From Octopus sinensis (Eukaryota): a DNA stretch of 64,000 nucleotides. Under the pieces are notes generated by a model. The model saw nothing but the letters and a program-made list of their open reading frames with translations, was not told the DNA's origin and made no database searches. Every line of letters starts with the position of its first letter. Positions within the stretch are counted from its first letter, which is position 1. Where the stretch lies: NCBI RefSeq assembly GCF_006345805.1, contig NC_043007.1:50034001-50098000 (forward strand), written 5' to 3'. Shown here piece after piece: positions 47,583-59,970 of the stretch. The position numbers and the translations under genes are program-made.

Positions 47583-47855
47583 TGTTGTGTCTGGGCGGAG
47601 TCATTCTCTTTTGCTGCCTTTTAATTTAACACACCCACCGGTAAAATTTCCACTTATTTCTTTTATAATTTTCTAAAATTTTCGTTGCGTCTTGCAATCT
47701 TTTCAATAATTTTGACTCTTGAAAATGTTGCAAGACGCAACGAAAATTTTAGAAAAATAAAAATAAGGAATAAGTGGAAATTTTACCGGTGAGTGTGTCA
47801 AATTATAAGGCACCAAAAGAGAATGACTGTCCCCAGACACAACAGAATATACTTA
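47575..47855. repeat. ~280-bp fold-back element
   Basis: TATTCTGTTGTGTCTGGG..GTCATTCTCTTTTG...CGTTGCGTCTTGCAA versus TTGCAAGACGCAACG...CAAAAGAGAATGAC..CCCAGACACAACAGAATA. Confidence 0.8.
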
Positions 47856-48072
47856 CGACTTCTCTATCGATGTTCATCTTCAGTTGTACCAGCGTCTTCG
47901 GTTCGTTGACGTAAACTCTCTCTTTCAGGTATCCCCACAAGAAAAACTCCGGGCTTGTCAAGACTGGGGAATGTGAAAACCGTAGCGGGAGATTATTCTC
48001 TCGCCAAAGCATTGCCGTAGCAACTGCATTGTTTCTCTTGAATGGCCTTCACGACCCCACACTTGACTAACC

Positions 48073-48075
<3 letters not shown>
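47856..48075 (-). mobile_element. Tc1/mariner transposase C-terminal fragment
   Basis: LLRQCFGERIISR / SPVLTSPEFFLWGYLKERVYVNEPKTLVQLK. Confidence 0.8.
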
Positions 48076-48156
<81 letters not shown>

Positions 48157-50607
48157 AGCAAACAAACAGATAGACAGATTAAATCAGCAACCTTGACATT
48201 TACACACTCGCCTTGACTTGCAATGCAATATCTTATCGATTGAGTTCGAGATCGAATCTAGTGAAAATAAAGTTAATCACCTTAACAGGCAAATGTAGAA
48301 TTATCCTTAAAAATAAATACTACAATGGCTTCTCCAGAACTACATGATGAATGATATTCAGTACTGTAGTCTAGTGGCATAATTTTATGATGATATCGCT
48401 GTGTGAATGAGATTCTATGTGGTCACAATACTGGTTTGAAACAGCTATCAAACCACCCTAAAACCAACGCTTACAGTCACAAAAATGTTCAATGTAATAA
48501 TGTTGACTGAGAAACAGTATTCCTGAAAAAGAGAGCAAAAAAAATATTAGACGGTCATGGATACAATGCATGTGCTCATAGCTCCGCTCAGTCAAGACTG
48601 ATTTAAAGCTAAACAACAACAACAACAACAAAAACAACGACATCAACAACAACACTAACATCAACAACACCAACAACATCAATAACATCAATAACAACAG
48701 CAGCAGCAGCAACAACAACACCTGGAGCTTCATACTCTACTATATCTCTCTATGACTACCATATAAACTGGATTGGTTCAGGATTCAGTAATTTAATTTC
48801 AACAACCCATTGATATACATCTGTCGGATAATTTACCTCTACACGACTTAATTGCCAACCACTTTTCCTTAAGTAATTGTTACCTTTTAATTCCCATAAC
48901 TCCCTACCTCTCATTATCCTCTACCTGGCAATATTTAGATAGTTTTGTATATTTTTAATCCTTTTAGCCATTGTACTCTTTTTATTCTGAGGAATTCATA
49001 TTCGCCAGTAGTGGCTCTTAATCTGGGTCCATACAACTCTTGAGGGCCCACATAATATTTTCATGTCAAAATTTATGTGCAATAAATTGCTTATACTTTT
49101 ACAATTCACAAAATATTTTAACAATTTTTTAAAACATTTCCCAGTAGTATTTAACTATAAAGATACAATAGAATATTTTTAAAACATCGAGTGGTTATGT
49201 GAGTCCATCTGCATAAAGTAGAAACCAAAGAGGTTCATAGGTAATAAATGGTTTGGAATCACTATTCATGTTTATGCATGATCTCATCGCTATTTCTAGC
49301 AGGTAGAGCGACCATGTATAGCCCCAGTCTCGTTAAGGGTTTAAACGATGGGTCAATGCTACCTAACTGCCTCTCCTCGCCCACCTAGAACAACCGCCCC
49401 AGAATATATCTACCAGTTTAGCAAGGTAGTTTGGCAAAATGGTCCTGAGCAGAATTTGAATTGAAGATCTAAAGGGATGCAACTGAATGCCACATATATG
49501 CTATCTGATGTTCAGCAGATTCTGCCATCCGCCCTTCGTGTATGTTTTTTGATGTAGTTTTAGTTGTTTAGCGCCAACAAACCTTGAATAAGCAATCCTC
49601 TGATCAAAAACATTACGCCCATGAATCTCTCATATGTTTGGAGGTAGCAAGAACTACAAATGTAACAGGAAATGTGTTACTCATTCTTTATTGTGGTGGT
49701 GGGTTGTTTATGCATGATCTCATCGCTATTTCTAGCAGGTAGAGCGACCATGTATAGCCCCAGTCTCGTTAAGGGTTTAAACGATGGGTCAATGCTACCT
49801 AACTGCCTCTCCTCGCCCACCTAGACCCCTATCTCTTTACAAACCCCGCCAATGCCGCTTCCACTGCCATTGCCACTTCCACTGCCACTGCCGCCGCTGC
49901 TAACTGAACGTTAGACTCGGTGAACAGTTGCGGTTAAATCTCATTTTTCCCAAAGACATATCTCGCGACAAGCATTAGCAGAAAATTGAAACCCGATACT
50001 CGACTACAAGTGCCACCCTTAATTCTTTGTTACACGACACCTCTACACGCGCACACATATACACAAACACGCACGCACGCACCCACACACACATACACTC
50101 ACACACATAAACACACATTTACAGCCATTACCGCTGTGCCATCATTCCCGCCTCCCTCACGCTTCCCCAAACAAACAACTGTCAAAATAAACGGCATTGC
50201 TGCAAAACTCTTAACACACAACGTTTGCTTCAAACAAACTTTCTTTCTGTAACTGGACCCGAATCTGGGGACAGGCTTTCAGGAAAACTTGATATCACGT
50301 GGTTTAACCCTCGCACTTAGTTGTGGAAGCAGTAGAGGTGACGTAGTTGATGGCGGAGGCGGTAGAGTGGCAGTGCTATACGATATTAAACTACGAGCAA
50401 AAAACCAAGAACATTTAATTTTCGTTGTCTGACAAAAACCCCATACACACATGCACGCGTATAAACACTCGTGTCCACGTACACGTATGTAATACGCATA
50501 CATACACTATACGCAAACGTATGTAACTCAGAGAAGCAGAAGGATAGATATATTGATTCATTTGATTCATAGAGTGATAGCTAGATACACATACAGAATT
50601 ACGAAGA

Positions 50608-50643
<36 letters not shown>

Positions 50644-50648
<5 letters not shown>

Positions 50649-50953
50649 CGATATATATATCACCGTGACCGACCAAGCTATCAGATGTTGCTACACATCG
50701 CTGGTCACAATGCTCTTCGCATTGTTTTAGCCTTCAAATAACACCACCCCGCTGGCTAACGGAGCAGGCCAACAGAAGAGAGAGAGTGCGAGAAAGTTGT
50801 GGCGAAAGAGTACAGCAGGGATCGCCACCACCCCTTGTCGAAGCCTCGTCGAGCTTTAGGTGCTTTCGCTTAATAAACACTCACAACGCCCGGTCTGGGA
50901 ATCGAAACTGCGATCCTACGACCGCGAGTCCGCTGCCCTAACCACTGGGCCAT
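50644..50953 (-). mobile_element. tRNA-derived SINE (family D)
   Basis: Head AATGGCCCAGTGGTTAGGGCAGCGGACTCGCGGTCGTAGGATCGCAGTTTCGATTCCCAGACC with A and B boxes. Confidence 0.85.
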
Positions 50954-50989
50954 TTATTAACTATATATATTTATATATTTATTAACTAT

Positions 50990-51049
<60 letters not shown>

Positions 51050-51053
<4 letters not shown>

Positions 51054-52920
51054 TATATAGTTAATAAAAAAACATATATCAGAAAGAAGCACACTAAAAA
51101 TAGAGGAGTAATTATTACAACAACAATTTTATATCTTGAATTTATATCTATATAAATTTTATATCATAGAGAGAGTAACCCAAAGTTTCGCATCCTCAAA
51201 GTAAAGCCTTGTGGACAGCTCGTATAAATATAAAATTCAAAATATCCACGTTGCAGACGTAAGAAAATGCTCAGAGCTTGAGGAATGCGTCTTAACAAAA
51301 ATAAAAATAAAATAAAAAAACGTTAATGATGACAGGTTAACTCCCCTGAATCAGAAGCGTGTGGGGTGGGACTCTTATAAACCCGAAGAGGGCTAACCAA
51401 CAATCGGGGAGATCCAATTTTCTAGTAAGTAGCGCTTGAAGTGGATGCATTTAGAAAACACTTCTTTACGGCTGTTTAATGCACCAGGTCTCTTATAGTC
51501 CTCAAGAAATTTGGCTCTCTCCGCGATCCAGATCTTGCAACGACCGCTTCCATTAATATACGGGTCTAGATGATCAATTAATTTCCACCTGATGTTACAC
51601 GGGGTTCCTTAATCTTTGAGGTGCCATACATAGCCGACCAGGGACGTGACAAACCATCTTTCTGGGACTCTGAAGGATGATTTGTGGTTAAGAAAACGTC
51701 GCTTGAACGAAGTACTCGCAGAACCAATATATTTACACGCATGGGGTGTGGTTTTATTCGCACCCCTGGTAACATATAGTGCAGGGCTGGTCATGCCATC
51801 GGTGTCGAATATAATTATTTGGTCATCTTCTGAGGTGGCGTAACTGGGAACGATGGATACATCCTCCGAGTTATTTCTAGGTGCGGCATTTCTACTGGGG
51901 TTAATATACATTGCGGGTCTGGTCGCTCTATCTGTATCTATGGTTTGTTCATTATCTGTGGCGGTGTTACCGGGGTCTTTGGTGACCCTCTCTGTGATGC
52001 TAGTTCCGGACTGGTTGTTTGTCTCTGGGCGTGGCAATTGTATTGACGTGAGAACTGGTTAATCGGCTAATAATACTGCTGCTTGATGATGCATTATTCA
52101 TATTGCGGATATCAGATCTACGTATCACCATAGCCTTATAGATTACCCCTTTAGCCTAGCATCGACTTCCTACTGAAAGTAATTATATACTCTGCAAAAG
52201 CAGCCTGCCTCCACCCTTGTATTGAAGGTACTTGCTAAAATGTTTTTGATGTTAGGTGCACAACTAAAGGAGACTCTTAGATTGTGTGTGTTAAATAAAT
52301 GCCTGTATCTATGTGTGTGTGTGTGTGTGAAATGTTTGTCTATCAATCTAAGGAAGATCTTTCCCACACAATCCTTGACGTCTGTGATCTTATCGGACTG
52401 TACACGCTGGACATCTTAGGGAAAAGGTTTCCTTCAGTCCTCTTCGGCTTCTACAGATATGACGTTCTAGCCATCTATACAGAAGCCAACGGCCACACAT
52501 TACATAGACTTAGAAAGGACCTAGTTATCACCTTAGGCCCAATGGGTTTCAAGATCACCATTGAGACTCATCTCACCACAGTAGATTTCTTAGATGTTAC
52601 TTTATATCTAGGCTCTGGTACATACAGTTTCTATCACAAACCAAACGAGAGACTCTCTTATATTAGCACAACCTCCTGCTACCCCTCTATTGATTTAAAA
52701 GAACCTAGTGAAAGGTATAAGCAAGAGGATCTCGAATCTATCCTCGAGTCAAATTATCTTCGACGACCCTGTCCCCTACAACAATGAGGCACTGGCATCG
52801 AGTGGGTTTAAGGACCGCATCTACTACACGCCTGGCCCCAGAACCCGGGAAAGGAAGCGCCGCAGAAATGTCATTTGGTTTGCTCCACCCTTCTCAGTCA
52901 ACGTCAAGACTTGCATCCTT
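51050..52920 (-). mobile_element. Penelope-like element with inverted RT segment (52372-52920 on +)
   Basis: Minus: VGKIFLRLIDKHF...VSFSCAPNIKNI...KYIGSASTSFKRRFLNHKSSF...VWHLKD...CKIWIAE...FSKCIH. Plus: YRYDVL..ANGHTL...VDFLDVTL..YHKPN...ISKRISNLSS...NVIWFAPPFSVNVKT. Confidence 0.88.
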
Positions 52921-52923
52921 GTT

Positions 52924-55090
52924 AGGATGCGTGACAGACAAGATGTGCAGTGTGTTCATGTTCTTCGTGGAGCTGAGTGTTGGACGGACCACCGCCTAGT
53001 ACGTGTAAAAGTGAAATTAGTCACAAAACATAAAATCCGGGCTGCAGGGATTACCCTGCCTAAAAAACTGAATGTTGATCGTCTTAGGTGTAATAGTATG
53101 AAGAGAACTCTATGAGAGGAAATGAATGCTACAGATATTGGGGAGGATTGGCCAACCCTTAAAAAGTCAGTTTATAAGCAAAAAAGTCAGTTTATAAGCA
53201 AAAAAGTCAGTTTATAAGCAAAAAAGTTCTGGGATTGATACAAAGAAAGCATCAAGCTTGGTTTAAAGAAAATGATGAACATATAGATGATTTATTGGCT
53301 GATAAAAGACATACTTTGTCACGCTATTTGTCAGCAAAGACACAGGAGAGGGAAGTGTTGCATAGCGAACTCAATGATGTAAAATCACGTGAGGCAAAGG
53401 CTCTCTCAGATGAGGGATATGTGGTGGAGTAAGAAGGCTGCTAAGATACAGGCGGCATCGGATTCCAACAACACAAAGCTGTTGTATGGTCACTTGCGAG
53501 AAGTTTATGGACCGACGTCTTCTCTGATGACACCACTTCGAAGCAGGGATGGTAAAGAACTTCTTCGTGATTCACAAGGAATTCTGCGAAGGTGGCAAGA
53601 ACACTGTGATGAACTTTTGAATCAGCAGTCTGTAGTTAGTGAGGATATTCCCAATCTCATCCCTAGATTACCCGTGAAGGTAGCACTCGCAGAACCACCA
53701 AAGTTGGAAGACGTTGCTGTGGCTGTCTCAATGATGAATAATGGAAAATCTCCGGGTATGGATGGCATACATGCGGAGTTGTTACAGCATGGTGGTGAGA
53801 AACTTCTGCAGCAACTTCACTCTTTGTTAATCTGTACCTGAGGACTGGAGAGATACAGTAATGGTGGTCTTGTATAAGTGAAAGGGCAACAGGAATGATT
53901 GTGGTAACTAAAGGGGAATATCAATGCTTTCTGTCGTAGGAAAGGTTTTATGCAAGGTACTTCTGGATCGTCTGCTGAAACACGTTACAGATTGTGTTCT
54001 TCCAGAAAGTCAATCTGGCTTTCGTGTGGGACGTGACACTGCTGATATGATCTTTTCAGCTAGACTGCTTCAGGAGAAGCGTGTGGAACAGGGTCTGGAT
54101 TTGTATCAGGTTTTTGTCGATCTGACAAAAGCTTTTGATACCGTTATTAGAAAAGCATTGTGGAAAGTCCTCCAGGAACGTATGTGTCCTGAAAAGTGCC
54201 TTGCTTTGGTTAGGTCTTTTCATGAAGACATGAAGGGTAGGGTTAATGTTAGAGGGAAAATGTCGGAGCCCATTTCAATACAAAATGGAGTGAAACAGGG
54301 GGGATATTCTGGCACCGACTCTATTTGGCATATATTTTGCGATGGTTTTCTGTATTGCATTCAGAAACTGCATATATGGTGTTTACATCCATTATCGAAC
54401 CTCTGGCAGCATATTTAATTTCAGGCGCTTTGCTGCAAAAACAAAGGTATTTACCTCTATCATAAGAGACCTTTTGTATGCAGATGATTGTGATCTTGTA
54501 GCGCACACAGAGATTGATATGCAACACATTTTGAATGCGTTCTCTGATGCTTGCACTGCCTTAGGATTGACAGTCAGTCTCAAGAAAACTGTTATCATGT
54601 ACCAACCTGCCCCTGGTAAGTAGTATAGTGTGCCAAATATCTATGTGTATGGCAAACGACTTGATGTAGTTGATCAGTTTGTCTACATAGGAAGCACTGT
54701 TAATAGATATAGCAATTTGGATGATGAAATTCCATACAGAATTAGGAAAGCAAGTGATGCTTTCGGGAGGCTAGAAAGGCGCCACTGGAGTCGGCGAGAC
54801 ATATGCAGAAAGACGAAGATGAAGGAGTACAAGGCATGTGTGCTCCCTTCTCTTCTCTATGCCTGCGAGACGTGGGTCACCTATCGATACCACCTTAAAC
54901 AACTAGAACGTTTCCATCAGATGTGTCTCAGACTGATCTACAGCATTAAGTGGGAGGACCACATCAATGATCTTGAAATATTGGAAGGCTCACGGTGCGA
55001 AAATATAGAAGCTCTTGTGTTAAAGCAAAGGCTCAGATGGAGTGGTCATCTAGTCAGGATGAAGGATTCAAGGATGCCAAAACAATTTGG
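52924..55090 (+). mobile_element. RTE-BovB-like LINE remnant (end of APE + RT; stops and frameshifts)
   Basis: GAECWTDHRLV, GKSPGMDGIHAE, LPESQSGFR, FVDLTKAFDTV, NGVKQG, LLYADD, LRWSGHLVRM.DSRMPKQ. Confidence 0.93.
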
Positions 55091-55395
55091 TGTACGCGGT
55101 AGAACGCACGAAGCACAACTTGATTTATGTTGGTTGTAAGCAGAATAATTAAACAAATGATTTAATTGGCACAGATTCGACGTCAGGCACAATAACGGTA
55201 GTTCGACAGAACTTGCCGAACATTTCGTTTCAAGCGGCTGCAATTTTTGAAAAAGAATTGAAAGTGCATATTCTCAGAGAATATTCTGAATCTGCTTCAC
55301 TTTCACTTCTCAGAATGCATGAAGAAAAATGTTTGCATCACGCCCTGGGAGAATTAATAAAATGACAGAATATCATCAAATTTATGCAAAACTGC

Positions 55396-55462
<67 letters not shown>

Positions 55463-55464
<2 letters not shown>

Positions 55465-56003
55465 TGCCCAAACGCAGTACCAGGCAGAGGCTGTCATGGC
55501 TCCTGATCTTAACTGATTGGAAGTGTTATCATGTACATTGTTTTGTTTTGGTATAAAAGATGGGCTACAGCAAATATTCTGCTCAATACCACAGATTTGC
55601 TTGTCAGTTGTTTGACCTTAACCAGTTGAGTATGTCCCTTAGCATCTCTGATCACGAGCAGAAGTAGTGGGGGAGCTTCATAGCCATGTGTTGAGAGGGA
55701 TTCTTTGGGGTTTGAATAATTCACCTCTGGAAACATGGGTGGTTCTTTCAACATCCTTAAACAACCCTTATTCAGGGACCTTTTGAGCGGGATGGGCTAC
55801 TCAACCTGAAGAAAATTCTAACTGGGCCCCACCTGCAAGGTCATGTGCTGTTTATCTTGATATGAGATCACCATGTCGCGCACATATGGTTGTGATGCAT
55901 GTGCCTGGTATACCCTTATCAGACGGGTAGTCATGATGGGTATATTGGGCTTCGTATATTTTACCCCAGTGTCACTTTGATGGCATGCACTGCTCTCTCA
56001 CTC
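55463..56003 (+). mobile_element. ~540-bp non-coding repeat between (AAT)n tracts (probable Dong/R4 3' UTR or partner)
   Basis: Matches 31500-32252 (reverse complement) and 59377-59820. Ends CTCTCTCACTC-(AAT)n. Confidence 0.6.
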
Positions 56004-56027
56004 AATAATAATAATAATAATAATAAC

Positions 56028-56056
<29 letters not shown>

Positions 56057-56059
<3 letters not shown>

Positions 56060-56800
56060 CACATATTTGCCTCCAGGACGGATGAGGGGGACAATACAAA
56101 GGCAGACACAAAGTGTGGGGATTTACATTTAATGATATGATAAGATAAATTAAAACACAGATGGAGGTAACAAGGTATACTGTGAGAAGGAAGCGAAATA
56201 TACATAGTATACTAAATGAAAAGAAAGTGTGGGAGGAGGATGGCAGAGATGCAGCTCATCTAATACAGGATGATATCTTGAGATAATCGAGGAACCCCAC
56301 TGTTCTGAGACCTCCCTGAACACCAAGAGCAAGTGCCCCCTCCAATTCCTTTTCTCCGACTCAAAGGTCTACACTTAGAGAGGTGCCATCCACTTTTACC
56401 ATTTTCGCAACTGTTACGCACCTTTTAATACATTTACTCGGGGACAGCACCTCCCTGTCCATCCTCAATTTCCTTTTCAAGTGAAACTTGAAGAAGTCAA
56501 TAGACCTCAACTAAAGAGGAAAATTGTCCTCATGCCTATCAGCCTCATCCACCAGATAACCTATTTCTCCACACCCACCAAGTAAAGGAAAACTGGTTTG
56601 CCGGTCCGATTAAAGGAGGGCGACGGGACAATCGCCCTATGGACTCGGCCGACAGACAGATCCGTCCCACACGCGACAGCAGCTGTTCGACATTATCCCA
56701 CAAGTCAGCAATGCCCGGTCAGTGAACGAGTGCATTCAGAGCGGTTTCTTCACTCTACATGCACCTCGGACGAGCCTGTCTGACAGTACACCCATGCCTG
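56057..56800 (-). mobile_element. Tx1/L1-like LINE 3' fragment
   Basis: GIADLWDNVEQLLSRVGRICLSAESI; C-terminus and 3' UTR homologous to 59971-60480. Ends at a (GAT)n/(AAT)n tract. Confidence 0.8.
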
Positions 56801-56825
56801 TAGAGTTTATTTCGAACCGGTAGCA

Positions 56826-57041
56826 CCTCCATTTCTACTATAAGCACAATTCCTGCAATTTCGGAGTAGGGGTAAGTCGATTACATGGACATCAGGGCTT
56901 GACTGATATTTATTTTTTCGACCTCGAAAGAATGAAAGGCAAAGTCGATTACAGCAGTATTTGAAATCAGAGCGTAAGGACGGCCGAAATGCCGCGAAGC
57001 ATTTTTGCTCGTCGAGACAAAGATTCTGCCAGCTCACTACC

Positions 57042-57043
<2 letters not shown>
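56826..57043 (-). mobile_element. SINE family A, degenerate
   Basis: Reverse complement of the GAGCTGGCAGAATC head and GCCTTTCATTCTTTCGAGGTCG core. Confidence 0.8.
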
Positions 57044-57110
<67 letters not shown>

Positions 57111-57199
57111 TAATAATAATGATAATAATAATAATAATAATAATATGTTATAATAATAAGAGTTGGAACCTAATAATAATAATAATAATAATAATAATG

Positions 57200-57237
<38 letters not shown>

Positions 57238-57239
<2 letters not shown>

Positions 57240-57807
57240 GAGTTGGAACCTACATACATTGGAAGCTATGCCAACATTATGGAATAACAACAGAAAAAAG
57301 ATGGTATAGGCACACACCAGAAAAGGTCACAGAAAACGAGAAAGCAACCATACTCTGGGATATGCCGATACACACAGATAGAGAAATGAAGGCCAACAGA
57401 CCAGATATAGTTGTCAGAGATCATGAAGAAAAAAAATGCTTTCTAATTGATGTATCAATACCGACAGATGACAACGTGTCTCTAAAAGAAATGGAGAAAC
57501 TCTCAAAATACAAAGACCTGGAAATAGAGGTAACTAGAATGTGGAATCTGAAAACAGAAACAATTCCTATCATAGTAGGTGCATTAGGCATGATAAAAAA
57601 AATTCAGACAAATACATAACAAAAACACCAGGACTTACAAACACATATAAATACAGAAAATTGCACTACTAGGCACTGCACACATCCTACGCAGAACACT
57701 TTCCATACAATAACCATCAGAGCATAACAACAAATCACAGCATATACCCAAGGCACACAGAGCTGCGCTCGGTAGTGAAGTGAAAGCACGCTATAAAAAT
57801 AAAACTA

Positions 57808-57810
<3 letters not shown>
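57238..57810 (+). mobile_element. Dong/R4-like LINE 3' end, young, flanked by (TAA)n
   Basis: RVGTYIHWKLCQHYG...RPDIVVRDHEEKKCFLIDVSIP..EKLSKYKDL. Near-identical to the reverse complement of 20821-21390. Confidence 0.95.
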
Positions 57811-57859
<49 letters not shown>

Positions 57860-57867
57860 TAATAATA

Positions 57868-57899
<32 letters not shown>

Positions 57900-57913
57900 A
57901 ATAATAATACTAC

Positions 57914-57961
<48 letters not shown>

Positions 57962-57963
<2 letters not shown>

Positions 57964-59045
57964 GAAGTATGCGAAAGTTGATGACACTTCATGGGGCGCT
58001 ACACCCTAAAGCAAACATAAACAGACTGTATATGAAAAGAAAGAATGGTGGCAGAGGACTAATTAGTATAGACCAGGGGTGGGCAAACGACGGCCCGCCA
58101 TAGGTTTTCATGCGGCCCGCCATAGGTTTTCATGCGGCCCGCCGAGAGCTTTTACGAATCCCAACTTCTATGCAGATACTTCGTAACTGTACGGTAATTC
58201 ACAATATTTTCACTTGATTTTTATAAATGAGGCCCGCCAAGGTTCCAAAGACGCACTGTGCGGCCCGCGATGAAAAAAGTTTGCCCACCCCTGGTATAGA
58301 CCATTGTATAAGGAGTGAAAGGAGAACGCCTCCCGAATATTTGATAAATAGTAATGAAGACTTGCTGCAATATGCCGCGGAAAGTATGGGTGTAAATGCA
58401 GATGAAATGATGGGCAAGCAAGAGTTTAACTAAAGAGCTGAGGAGAAGAGAAAAGAAAACCTTCTTGAAATGAGAATGCATGGACAGTTTGAAAGGAATA
58501 CACAACACGTTAAAGATAATACAGCATAGTAGGCCTGGCTTGAGCGAGGTGATTTGAAGCATACCACCGAAAACCTGATCATTGCTGCACAAGCCCAGAC
58601 TCTCGCTACCAATTCAGTGAAGCATAACATCTATAAAACTTCTGACACCCAGAGATGCAGACTCTGTGGAATGAGTGTGGAAAATGTGACCCACTTCGTA
58701 AGGGGATATGGAAGCCTTGCACAAAAAGAATACAAGTACCCCCACGATAGAGTGTGTGTGTATCTTCACATGCGTGGACAGTTTGAAAGGAATACACAGT
58801 TTGAAAGGAAATGGGGATGCATGGACAGTTTGAATGGAAAACGCATCGTGGTCATGGCTTGAGCGAGGTGATTTGAAGCGCACCACCGAAAGCCCGATCA
58901 TTGCTGCATAATACCAGACTCTCGCTACTAATTCAGTGAAGTATACCATCTATAAAACTTCTGACACCCAGAAATGCAGACTCTTTGGTAAGAGTATGGA
59001 AAATGTAACCCACTTCGTAAGTGGATGTGAGAGCCTTGCACAAAG
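57962..59045 (+). mobile_element. Dong/R4-like LINE fragment with internal duplication, interrupted by a hAT MITE
   Basis: GALHPKANINRLYMKRKNGGRGLIS; TENLIIAAQAQTL..CRLCG..VENVTHFV occurs twice (~58470-58790 and ~58815-59045). Confidence 0.85.
58074..58293. mobile_element. hAT MITE (220 bp) with 8-bp TSD GTATAGAC
   Basis: Same family as 31833-32048. TSD at 58066-58073 and 58294-58301. Confidence 0.95.
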
Positions 59046-59139
59046 TATTATCTGTCAGAAGTCCTTCTGTGACTTGACAGATGGCTAAAGACTCCGGTGC
59101 ATTTTTACCTACACTGTGTTACGAAGGAATAATAATGAT

Positions 59140-59345
59140 AATCCTTTATATTATAGGTGTAAGGCCTGAAATATTTGGGGAGGAGCTAGTCGATTACGTC
59201 GACCCCAATGTTTCACTTGTATTTAATTTATCGACCGCAAAAGGATGAAAGGTAAAGTCGACCACGGAGGAATCTGAAGTCAGATCGTAGCGACGAGCAA
59301 AATACTGCTAAGTATTTTGCCTGGCGTGCTAACGATTCTGCAAAA
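59140..59345 (-). mobile_element. SINE family A
   Basis: Reverse complement of the core ...GTCGACTTTACCTTTCATCCTTTTGCGGTCGATAAATTAAATAC. Confidence 0.8.
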
Positions 59346-59376
59346 CAACAAGAACAACAATAACAACAACAACAAC

Positions 59377-59820
59377 ATTCTGCTTAATACCACAGATTTG
59401 CTTGTCAGTTGTTTGACCATAACTAGTTGAGCATGTACCTTAGTGGATGACGATATGTGCATCTCTGATCACGATCAAAAGTAGTGGGGGAGCTTCATAG
59501 CCATGTGTTGAGAGGGATTCTTTGGGGCTTGAATAAATCACCTCTGGAAGCCTGAGTGTTTCATTTAACATCCTTAAACAACCCTTATTCAGGGACCTTT
59601 TGAGCGGGATGGGTTACTCGACCAGAAGAAAATTCTAACTGGGCCCCACCCGCAAGGTCATGCGCGGTTTATCTTGATATGAGATCACCATGTCGCGCAC
59701 ATATGGTTGTGATGCATGTGCCTGGTGTAACCTTATCAGTCGGGTAGTCATGATGGGTATACTGGGCTTCGTATATTTTACCCCAGTGCCACTTTGATGG
59801 CATGCACTGCTCTCTCACTC
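59377..59820 (+). mobile_element. Third copy of the (AAT)n-associated non-coding repeat
   Basis: Homologous to 55580-56003. Ends at (AAT)n. Confidence 0.65.
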
Positions 59821-59851
59821 AATAATGATAATAATAATAATAATAATAATA

Positions 59852-59902
<51 letters not shown>

Positions 59903-59939
59903 TAATAATAATAATAATAATAATAATATAATAATAATA

Positions 59940-59970
<31 letters not shown>

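Noticed and set aside
51165-51300. Long stem followed by GAAA in the 3' region of the 51-kb PLE (minus strand)
   Set aside because: Core reads GTTAAGA and stem I does not pair; at best a dead HHR.
53161-53224. Three copies of a 20-bp unit (AAAAAGTCAGTTTATAAGCA)
   Set aside because: Local slippage inside the RTE remnant. There are no spacers, so it is not CRISPR-like.
52924-55139. Potentially active RTE LINE
   Set aside because: 5'-truncated with multiple stops and frameshifts; cannot encode a functional ORF.
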